Notes under the pieces: generated by a model | What the model saw: the letters and a program-made list of their open reading frames with translations, nothing else | What the model was told of the DNA's origin: nothing | The model's database searches: none | DNA from: an uncultured Bacteroidales bacterium | GTDB lineage: Bacteria; Bacteroidota; Bacteroidia; Bacteroidales; Paludibacteraceae | NCBI GenBank assembly: GCA_937891905.1 | Contig: CALATT010000051.1 | Span: forward strand, 3,135 to 67,134 | DNA length: 64,000 nt | Reading direction: 5' to 3' | Shown here: positions 1 to 8,700 of the stretch, piece by piece | How positions within the stretch are numbered: the first letter of the stretch is position 1 | Layout of the letters: every line of letters begins with the position of its first letter | Made by a program: the position numbers and the translations under genes

Positions 1-257
1 CCGAAGCTGAGGTGATGTCCTTCACACAGATGAATACACAACAGCAGTACTGGTTAGCTCGCGCACTCATCCTGCTCAGTGATATTAACTTAGGTAAAGG
101 TGAACTATTCCAAGCGCGCCAGTACCTCCTCGCGCTGCAAGCCAACTACACCCACCAGGGAGACGATATACAAACGATAATCACAAATCGCCTGCAAGCA
201 TTGGATGCCCTTGAGCAACCCGCGCCAGCAGAAGAGAACGAAATAGAGGAAGAGTAA
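1..257 (+). CDS. C-terminal fragment of a helical-repeat (TPR-like) protein; 5' end lies outside the window
   Basis: The frame is open to the window edge, with no stop in the codons upstream of 12. The helical-repeat-like sequence LARALILLSDINLGKGELFQARQYLLALQ is followed by an acidic tail. The stop lies 1 nt before the next ATG. Confidence 0.4.
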   Translation, partial: EAEVMSFTQMNTQQQYWLARALILLSDINLGKGELFQARQYLLALQANYTHQGDDIQTIITNRLQALDALEQPAPAEENEIEEE

Positions 258-258
258 T

Positions 259-2118
259 ATGAAGCAATTATTGATTAGTTCATTACTACTATGCGCGCTT
301 ACAGTGAGTGCGCAGAATAGCGCCGACACTACACTCAATCGCAATGTGACCGTTGAGCGTGATTTTCAACCTGTGATACAAGCCGCAGGCAAACTATCCA
401 CCAAACCCGAGGTGGTAGAGACCACTGTGGAAGCGGCCAAGGTGGAGTATTCCGATTATACTGCCGATGTGCAACCAGGTGCAGAGTTTAATGCATTGCT
501 ATCCCAACCTACCCGTTTCAGCGCAGGCGAAGCGTATAATGGTTATTTACGCGGTGCGATTGGTCACCCCAATACTTTGTTTGATTTTGAGTACAAACTG
601 GATGATGGCAAGAAGTCCGTTCTCAATGCCTACGCTCATCATGATGGTCAATGGGGATTGAAAGCAGATAGCAAGAGCGCTCTCGGAATGGATTTTACAC
701 ATAAGTTCAGTACATGTAATCTCTATTTCGGTTTAGAAGGAACAAACACCTATCTGCATAAATATGGCCATTTCTACGACTATAACAACATAGGTACTGG
801 TTATAAGAATGGTTACCTGAAGGACTACACCCTCACGGATAAGGATAAAGTGAATCTATGGACAGCGGAGGCGTATGTGGGTGTTAAATCCAACGCTAAG
901 CAAGAAGTGCAATACAAGGTGCAGACGGGTTATCTCGTTTTTGCTATTCCTGGTCAGGTGAATGAGCACCAACTGCGCAGCGAACTATCGTTCGACTGGA
1001 GCAGCGATGCGCACCATGTGGGTGCTGAAGTATATATACAGAATAACTTCCGCCAACTGACTGGTTTGGCATCATTAGTCAACACCTATAATAATATCCA
1101 TAATTTCCGTATTGAACCTTATTATGCGTATAAGAGCAAACGCGTACAACTGCATTTGGGTATTAACTTGGATATGAACCTCGGTCGTGGACAGTATTTA
1201 TCGGGTGTAGAGAACCTCAGTTTTGCTCCATCGCCTCATGTTTATTTGGAGGCACAGATTGCCAAACAATGGTTGACCATCTATGCGGATGCAAAAGGAA
1301 GTCATGGTATTGGTACGCTCCAGTCGCATATGAATAACCCCTTCCGCTTGATGGAGGCGGGTGTTATCTCTGGGCATGTGGCGTCTTACACTCCTATTGA
1401 TGCGGAAGTAGGATTTCATATCCGTCCGTACCGTGATTTAATGATTGAGATACACGGTGGTTATGCCCACATGCTCAATCAAACCACGCTGATTGCTGTG
1501 ACGGATAATACTACCACCTATAGCAGCAGTAAGTTAAATGAATTGATGGCTTTGCATGCAGGTGATTTAAGTTACACCTATAGCGATTATAGTCGTGGCA
1601 AGATAGGTGGTCAAATCAATTACCACTACAAGGATATTATCCGCATCAATCTACATGGAGATTATTATTTCTGGAATGCGCTCAAGCATGAAGATAATTC
1701 GTATAATTATAATCAACATTGCCAAGAACTGCACGATTTATTAGATAATAAACACCATACTGTGTATGATCGTGCTAATTGGGAGATTGGTTTGCGCATT
1801 GACGGCCGTATAGACAAACATTGGTCGCTCTACTCGGATAATTATTTCAGAGGAAGTCGTTTGGCTTTGGCCACGGATGGTGTGCACAAACTCAAACCTA
1901 CGATTGAGATGAACCTTGGTGTGCAATATGAGATGTGGGTTGGCAAGCAAGCGAAGATGGTTAATGAGGACGGAGGCACTACTGTGCGTCCAGAACCTCA
2001 GCCTAATTTAACATTATTCTTCGAACTGAATAATTTCATTCACCGCAAGAATGATATTTATTACGGCTACCAATCGCAGGGTATTAACTTCCGCCTCGGC
2101 GCCATTTATAAATTCTAG
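259..2118 (+). CDS. Putative outer-membrane beta-barrel protein
   Basis: It has the signal peptide MKQLLISSLLLCALTVSAQ. The sequence is rich in Gly, aromatic and Asn residues in an alternating beta-strand pattern. The C-terminus ends ...LGAIYKF, an aromatic terminal residue typical of OMPs. Confidence 0.5.
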   Translation: MKQLLISSLLLCALTVSAQNSADTTLNRNVTVERDFQPVIQAAGKLSTKPEVVETTVEAAKVEYSDYTADVQPGAEFNALLSQPTRFSAGEAYNGYLRGAIGHPNTLFDFEYKLDDGKKSVLNAYAHHDGQWGLKADSKSALGMDFTHKFSTCNLYFGLEGTNTYLHKYGHFYDYNNIGTGYKNGYLKDYTLTDKDKVNLWTAEAYVGVKSNAKQEVQYKVQTGYLVFAIPGQVNEHQLRSELSFDWSSDAHHVGAEVYIQNNFRQLTGLASLVNTYNNIHNFRIEPYYAYKSKRVQLHLGINLDMNLGRGQYLSGVENLSFAPSPHVYLEAQIAKQWLTIYADAKGSHGIGTLQSHMNNPFRLMEAGVISGHVASYTPIDAEVGFHIRPYRDLMIEIHGGYAHMLNQTTLIAVTDNTTTYSSSKLNELMALHAGDLSYTYSDYSRGKIGGQINYHYKDIIRINLHGDYYFWNALKHEDNSYNYNQHCQELHDLLDNKHHTVYDRANWEIGLRIDGRIDKHWSLYSDNYFRGSRLALATDGVHKLKPTIEMNLGVQYEMWVGKQAKMVNEDGGTTVRPEPQPNLTLFFELNNFIHRKNDIYYGYQSQGINFRLGAIYKF

Positions 2119-2227
2119 ATTGGTTACACTTCGAATAGCATCCTCCACCGTTCGCATCTCGTTCGCATCCTGAACATCACCGAAGGGTGCGTACAGGGTA
2201 TTTCCCTTATTTCGCATAATAAAATAT

Positions 2228-2262
2228 AAATAGGATAGCCTCGCATGGCTATCCTATTTTTT
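2228..2262 (+). terminator. Rho-independent terminator (bidirectional-looking hairpin)
   Basis: The stem taggatagcc / ggctatccta encloses the loop tcgcat and is followed by tttttt. An A-run precedes the stem. Confidence 0.6.
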
Positions 2263-2293
2263 GCTCGTTCGTATTCTACGGTATATTAATCTT

Positions 2294-3556
2294 TCACACC
2301 AACCATTTAGTGGCTGGTATTACTTTTATCAGATATCCGTCTATATCTAATTGTTCTTCTTGAGAGAATGTAATAATTGTTAAATCTCTGCAACTAAATT
2401 TGCGTGCTCCTTGTAGAAGCGAAGTGATTTCTCGTTTACGAGTTTTTTCTTCTGTTAGGTCATAGCATACTTGGTAGATTGATTCCACTACACCACTTTT
2501 AGCGACAAGAAAATCTACCTCAAAGCCGCGCTCACGATAATAAAAGACATCAGAATAGGTTTGGCTCGCTCTATGCAGAAGTTCTATAAACACAGCATTT
2601 TCCAAACGCCACCCCATATTTTGTGTATTAAAGGTATTTGAGCGGAATGACAAGAAAGCCGGATCTATAACATACAACTTCTCACCATGCATGCGTTCAC
2701 GGCTCTTATAAGAAAATTTATGCACAGAGTGCAAAAGAAACGCCTCTTGAAGATAATGACAATATGTATCTATAGTATGATCAGTTACTCCAAACAATCC
2801 ACTTAATGTAGAAGCGTTGTACTCTTGTGCAAAATTATCCATCATATAAGTTGCTAAACGCTGTAGTACTTCTGGATAGCGCACTTTGAATCGTTTTGTA
2901 ATATCTCTTTTGATAATAGCATCTAACAGCCCCATAACATAGTCATGCTTGTTATTTTCTATTAACAACTCAGGAAAACCTCCTTGTATAAGATAATCAT
3001 TCAAAGCTACTTTTAGGTTTGCTTGTGCTTTAGTTGTTAGGGATGTTAGACTTATTTGTTTATATAGAACATATTCTTTAAATGAAAAAGGATAGAGCGT
3101 GATCTTGTGATGACGACCAGTAAGATGCGTTGTTAACTCGTTTGATAATAATTTAGCATTACTACCTGTGACAAGTAAGCGTATGTTTTGTCTAAGTAAG
3201 CGATTTACGAAGAGAGGCCAACCATCTACATTTTGTATTTCATCTAAAAATAAATAATTGAAATCACCATATACGATATATAAAGCTTCCAGTAGATTAT
3301 TAAGGTCTTCACGCCTTATATTCTCTAAACGCTCATCATCAAAATTAACATAGGCAGCTTTTACTCCTGCATCATGCAATACTTTTCTACACAGAGTAGA
3401 TTTTCCACTTCTGCGAACACCTATTACTACTTGCGCTAATTTACTTTGTAAGTCTATTTGAGACTCTTGTTCCCGGGTACATATTCCCTCAAAAGTCTCT
3501 TGTAAAAATTCTTCGCGAAGTTCCGCTACGATTGGCAATAATTCTTGTACGGTCAT
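2294..3556 (-). CDS. AAA-family ATPase with C-terminal DUF4143-like region (COG1373-type)
   Basis: It carries the Walker A motif GVRRSGKST and the Walker B-like motif YLFLDEIQ. Length and layout are typical of AAA_14+DUF4143 proteins, which are common in Bacteroidota. Confidence 0.7.
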   Translation of the reverse strand: MTVQELLPIVAELREEFLQETFEGICTREQESQIDLQSKLAQVVIGVRRSGKSTLCRKVLHDAGVKAAYVNFDDERLENIRREDLNNLLEALYIVYGDFNYLFLDEIQNVDGWPLFVNRLLRQNIRLLVTGSNAKLLSNELTTHLTGRHHKITLYPFSFKEYVLYKQISLTSLTTKAQANLKVALNDYLIQGGFPELLIENNKHDYVMGLLDAIIKRDITKRFKVRYPEVLQRLATYMMDNFAQEYNASTLSGLFGVTDHTIDTYCHYLQEAFLLHSVHKFSYKSRERMHGEKLYVIDPAFLSFRSNTFNTQNMGWRLENAVFIELLHRASQTYSDVFYYRERGFEVDFLVAKSGVVESIYQVCYDLTEEKTRKREITSLLQGARKFSCRDLTIITFSQEEQLDIDGYLIKVIPATKWLV

Positions 3557-3577
3557 AATGATGAGTTATTTGGACCG

Positions 3578-3585
3578 CAAAAGTA
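3578..3585 (-). promoter_or_regulatory. Bacteroidota -7 box TActTTTG for the ATPase gene
   Basis: The plus strand reads caaaagta, which is TACTTTTG on the minus strand. It lies 22 nt upstream of the ATG at 3556. Confidence 0.35.
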
Positions 3586-3618
3586 GTAAAAAATCTCCAA
3601 ATATCCAAATATTTTTTG

Positions 3619-3704
3619 CTCAAACTGCGATATTTTGCAGATTTTGCACTCTCAAACTGCGATATTTTGCAGATTTTGCACTCTCAAACTGCGATATTTT
3701 GCAC
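3619..3704. repeat. Tandem repeat of a 32-bp unit, 2.6 copies
   Basis: The unit ctcaaactgcgatattttgcagattttgcact occurs at 3619-3650 and identically at 3651-3682. A truncated third copy spans 3683-3704. Each unit contains ATTTTGCA twice. Confidence 0.9.
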
Positions 3705-3723
3705 AACAAACCTCACTGCCACC

Positions 3724-5241
3724 CTACTGTAGTGCCACCTTTAGGCAGTTGCATGATAGGTCTCCGGTGGTTCTTGGTTTGAGATACGCGCGCTCGTATT
3801 CTGTTGCCGCGAGAATGAATGCTCCTAATACTTTACCTTCGGTGTAGTCATTTGATTGTTGGGTATCTTTCTTACCTTTCTCAGCTAAATAGTACGCAGC
3901 AGAACCATCTCGGTCTTCGCTATCTTTATCTGCATTGCTCAAACCTGCTGAGCGACAATTGTGTACAAGTCCATATGCATTACCATCTCCAATGGATTTG
4001 CGCAAGAACTGTTTTAGAAAACCATGATAGCCTTTTTTAGCAGCTTCTTCATACTTTGCCCTATCCAAATATCCAAGGCGCATACCCTTGAGTAATGTAG
4101 ATACGAAGATGGCAGTTGCAGAGGACTCTACATAATTGGTTGTTGAACATCCTTCTGGTTTTACTCCATTGCCATATTGTAATAACTGACACCAGCAACC
4201 TGTAGTTGGGTCTTGGCGTGCCAGTAATCCGTCAGCCACAGCCTCTAATTGGCGTTTCAATTCTGTATAATCCGCATCATTCTTACCTGCCTTATCCATT
4301 TGCTCTAATATATCCACCAATGCAAAGAAATACCATCCTGCTGCGCGTCCCCAGAACTCTTCGCTTACACCATAATGAGAGTTTGTGGCATATGTGCCTT
4401 CTTGGTCTGCCCAGATAGATGTTTGATCGCTTGACGGGTCCGCAGAGAAAGCATGATAGAGTAATTTCTTCTCTTCATCCCATAATCTATTCCAGCACAT
4501 ATCAAACTGCTTACGAATAATCGTCCAATCTCCATCTACGGAACCTGATATATTTTTTCCTTCAGTTAGCATCATGGCAAGCAATGCTGGTCCCATGTAT
4601 TGGCCATCTAACCAAAGTTGGTTCTCATATGTATTTTTATGAAACCACCCGCCTGTGTATGTTTCATTACCGCAAAAGGCTTGCGATGTTGCAGATGATA
4701 TAGAGTAATTGCTATTATGAGCAGCCAAACCAGCCAATGCTTTTGTTTTTGCTGTCGCACAATGATCTGCTACTGTTGCATTCTCAAACTTAGCGCCTGA
4801 TTTAGTTAAATCTGCTAATCCGAAATACATCTTACAAGCATTCAAGTCATCTAATGACTTTCCATCATGATCTTGATTATAATATGCTTCCGCATATGCC
4901 TGAATACTATAAAACCATGGTTTCGCCCAAGTACTATCTTGGTAATAATCAACACATTCTAGTACAGCTTTTGCTACTAATCCAGGAACATAATCAAAAC
5001 CTCTTGTAGACTCGGAATCTGCTTTTTCAGTACCATTTTCATCGTACTTTGCAAATCCTGCATTAGTTGTATTAGCCTTAAAATGATACAAACAACTATT
5101 GATAATTAGTCTTGAGTACTTGGCTGTATCGCAGTTGATTACTTCGTCACTGGTGTAATCTACATCCTGTGCCTTCACAGGCTGGGTGGTGCATGCGGTG
5201 ATAGCCAAGATGGCTAGTAATAAGATGAGTGGATTTTTCAT
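3724..5241 (-). CDS. Glycoside hydrolase family 88/105 lipoprotein (unsaturated glucuronyl/rhamnogalacturonyl hydrolase-like)
   Basis: It has the lipoprotein signal LLAILAITAC. Family-like motifs are WLDGQYMGPALLAMM, LLYHAFSADP..., FWGRAAGWYFFALVDILE (compare WARGNGW) and NYVESSATAIFVSTLLKGMRLGYL. Confidence 0.7.
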   Translation of the reverse strand: MKNPLILLLAILAITACTTQPVKAQDVDYTSDEVINCDTAKYSRLIINSCLYHFKANTTNAGFAKYDENGTEKADSESTRGFDYVPGLVAKAVLECVDYYQDSTWAKPWFYSIQAYAEAYYNQDHDGKSLDDLNACKMYFGLADLTKSGAKFENATVADHCATAKTKALAGLAAHNSNYSISSATSQAFCGNETYTGGWFHKNTYENQLWLDGQYMGPALLAMMLTEGKNISGSVDGDWTIIRKQFDMCWNRLWDEEKKLLYHAFSADPSSDQTSIWADQEGTYATNSHYGVSEEFWGRAAGWYFFALVDILEQMDKAGKNDADYTELKRQLEAVADGLLARQDPTTGCWCQLLQYGNGVKPEGCSTTNYVESSATAIFVSTLLKGMRLGYLDRAKYEEAAKKGYHGFLKQFLRKSIGDGNAYGLVHNCRSAGLSNADKDSEDRDGSAAYYLAEKGKKDTQQSNDYTEGKVLGAFILAATEYERAYLKPRTTGDLSCNCLKVALQ

Positions 5242-5334
5242 TGATTGATTAGTATTTAGTAATTAATTATTCTTTTCTAGATCGGCTAGTTCCCTAATTC
5301 CTGTAGGGCTCTGCCCGTCCTGTATATAGTTGGG

Positions 5335-5763
5335 CTAGATTGTAGCACGCTTCCTTCTTATGAGGCAGAAGGCTGCCGCCATGAGTAGGAGTGGCAGGAT
5401 AGCGTCACCGAGGGGTTGCTGTTCATCTTTGTCCAATGTTCCTGATCCACCACCTGGAGTACCAGGCGCCTTATGTGGGCCACTGACTACCTGCTCTGCC
5501 ATATACGCTCCGGCGCTTACCGAACCATCTGCATTGAGCATAGGTGTGGTGGGATTGGTCCAATCGTCTGTGGCGTAGGCGCTGGTGGAGGTGAATCCGA
5601 TGGTTGGAGCCGCAGCTGCGTCCATGCGCTGATTGACACAAGAGGAACTTGTGTATGGCTTATACTTCACCGCTTGTGCCTGCGTGGTACTGAGTACCAG
5701 CAGACAAGCGATGGATAAGATATATACGATATGTTTCATTGTAGTAATATTGATTGTCTTCAT
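5335..5763 (-). CDS. Small secreted protein with C-terminal TM helix plus basic tail (sorting-signal-like); function unknown
   Basis: Two ATGs are possible, at 5763 and 5739. The second gives the signal peptide MKHIVYILSIACLLVLSTTQAQA. The middle is a low-complexity Pro/Gly/Thr region. The C-terminus is PLGDAILPLLLMAAAFCLIRRKRATI. The gene begins 18 nt after the stop of the giant gene. Confidence 0.5.
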   Translation of the reverse strand: MKTINITTMKHIVYILSIACLLVLSTTQAQAVKYKPYTSSSCVNQRMDAAAAPTIGFTSTSAYATDDWTNPTTPMLNADGSVSAGAYMAEQVVSGPHKAPGTPGGGSGTLDKDEQQPLGDAILPLLLMAAAFCLIRRKRATI

Positions 5764-5781
5764 TGTATTGTCCTCCCTTTT

Positions 5782-8700
5782 TTATCGTATTACCATTTTA
5801 CCTGTTGCGTCATAGAGTATTCCATTCACAAAGATGAATATCTTATCGTCTTTGATGAATTTCACTGCTTTTGCGTTCTCATCGGTGTTGATATGATCCG
5901 TACCTGTGGCAATCTGCGGTGCTTTGCGTGTAAGGATGAAGCGGTTGTGCTCTGCCTTATCTGCGCAAGTGAAGGTGTATGAATTGCCTTTGAGTACGCG
6001 TGTGTATATTTGCGTATCTGTATCAAGTAAGTAGAGTGCGTCTTCCATACCATCGTAATCGAAGTGTATGGTATATTCGCTATCTTCTCCTGCTCGGAAA
6101 CCGATGACAGTTCCTTCGTACTCTGGTATAGCGCTGACGGCATCATATCGTGTTTCTGCCACCACATAGGACATTGGTGCTGCTGCATTGCCACCCCATT
6201 GCTCTCCATCCCATCCGCTATCATATCCGCGTGTGAAGTCAGGTCTCTCGAGGATGATTAGTCGGTCGTCATAGCGCTTACCACGGAAGAGGAATTTCGC
6301 CACTTGTGGCTCATCATCTGCCGCCACTCTTCTTGCTGGTGCATGCATTGGTCCACTTGGAGTGTTTGTTCTAGGAGCTCTTACATGGCGCTCATAATCG
6401 AGGTGCAATGTACCATCTGTTGTACCACCTACCACATAGAATCCTTGCATTGATGGAATATAACTATCACCCGTATAAGAAGCTGAATGGATTGGAACTG
6501 ACACATAGGTACCTGTAGCGTAGCGACCATTCTCTTTATTGAGTTCTCCGTCTCCCTCTGGGTCGCTACCTGTATTGAAGAAGTAGATTGTTTTTTCAGT
6601 TAATCCTTCCATGTCATCGTCTGTCAACTCATGGATTTGTATAGGAGCTGTCCATGAGTTAGCTACCACCACAAACTTGCCTGCTGGAATAGTAATATCC
6701 TGATTGGTAGTAGCCGCGAGTGTACCCTCCATCCAATAGGTGTGTCCTTGTTCTGGGTGAGTGATACAATAGCCTCTAAATGGCACCAATGGTCCTCCGT
6801 TAGGTATTACTACCCAACCTTCCGCTTCGGTTTCCGTTCCGGTATCGTATTGGTATAACCAACTATCATAGTAGTTATATATTGCATTAGCCACATCGCT
6901 GTGTGGTGTACCTATATACTGCCATGTGGAAGCCGCTTCGCTATAAGTATCAGTATCTGCTTTTGCCTTGCTGTACATTGCTACTCCGGCTTTGGTGTCT
7001 CCTCGTTCATTATTGAGGATGAGTGAGGCATTGCCACCTTCATTAGAACCGAGTGATATATCTGCTACATTTGTAGGATAAACATTTCCGTTCTCGTCGG
7101 CTCGGAGAATGGTGCTTCGTGCTGTAAGTGAACTATTAGCCGGAATAGTAAGGCTACCATCTTTCGTAATATGAATACTGAGTACCTCTGGGAAATATGC
7201 ATCCGCGATTTGCTCTTCTTCGCCTTTTAGGACTTTCGTTTTGACTGCATCCACGGTACATGGTGCTGCGATACGCACATCGTTGTTACGACCTGGTACC
7301 ACCATGTATTCTGGTCCCCAGTTAGCGGCTGTAGACCACAAACCGTCGCCTTTTGTACCAGTACCTTCGTAAGCAGATTCATCCCAGTTGGTATTTCCTT
7401 CTCCATTATCGAATGTTAGACGGCAGTCTGCCACCTCTATCAGGTCTGTTTTTAAGAGGTAATCGAGACATGTGAGTAATACTTGGCGTCCCATTGGTGT
7501 TTGCATACTCTGTGCACCGCAGTTGATAGCGAATAGAATCATTCTGGCTTCAATATTCGCTTGTCGCTCTGCGATAGCTACTAATTGTCTATCGTCCGCA
7601 GCTGGAGTCCACTCAAGGTGAGCATGTGTATCATCTCCATCTGTATGAGTAACCACTTCTGCTGCGGCATTATAGTGTATTAATCCGATGGTAACAAAGT
7701 TATCCGCATCTTTGAGTTCAAATCCCTGCAAACCTTTACTACTTTCATGTCCAGGTCCCGTCAGTATCTGGTATACAAGTTGGTTGAAGTCATCGTGGTC
7801 ATGATAGATACCTTCCACATGTGCATCATCTAGTTCATCAAACATTGGGTGAGCATAGCATACGATATTTGCGTATTGGCTTGTTGCTGCGGGGACTACA
7901 GGTGAAGTAGTGAATCCTTTTGCTGCCCATTTGGATGGTGTTTTAGCTACCATATGCGCTTTGAGTGAGAGTAGTGGTCTATAATCGCACAGAGCAGCCA
8001 TATCGTCCAGAATTGTAGCCGCAGCTTCGCTCTTTGATGCTTTTGGATAGTCAGTGAGCAAGAGGATGTCGAATGGTTCGTAGTTGAGTTTATTGAACTC
8101 TGCATATCCATTTACAGGTGTTACAATATACTTCTCCTTCAATTCAGTATAGAATCCCCATTCTGTATTTGGGTCAAAGGTAGTGTTACCTGTTTGCTGG
8201 CAGAGGTCCGCTTTGTTATATCCCGTGAGGAAGTCGCCACCAACCACTAATTCTTTGGTAGCGCGTGTACCTTCTCCATTTGCTCCCGAGCAGATGAGCG
8301 CGAGTGTAGGTTTGTCACCGATAACATGGATAGTGATAGAAGCGGTAATTGCGCTTGCATTGTTACAACTATTGATAGGTGCGCAAGTGATTACTATCTC
8401 ATCGCCTTCTGCATACTTGTCTTTTAATTCATTCAAGTTAATCATCACTGTATCCACCGCATTGTCGCTACTTGGTATAGTGAAGAATGCATTTGAAGAA
8501 GAGAGGTTGAGTGTTGTTTCACCATTTTTTGTAGCGGTGAGGTGATAGCGTTTACCATCCAATATACCATATGATTTGACAGCGAAGAGGTGTCTATCTT
8601 TCATTTGATTAGAATAGGTCTTATCTACATGGTAGTATTGGAATGGTGTCAATCTCTCCACTTCAGGTTCCACATTTTCGTTTGTCACAATAGCGGAGTT

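Noticed and set aside
2149-2170. The 11-bp tandem duplication cgttcgcatct/cgttcgcatcc downstream of the OMP gene.
   Set aside because: It is very short and imperfect, and it lies in a 3' UTR before the terminator. No functional inference is justified.
3619-3704. Possible CRISPR array, because the repeat unit is 32 bp.
   Set aside because: The copies are directly contiguous with no spacers. There are only 2.6 copies, and no cas genes lie nearby. It is a simple tandem repeat.
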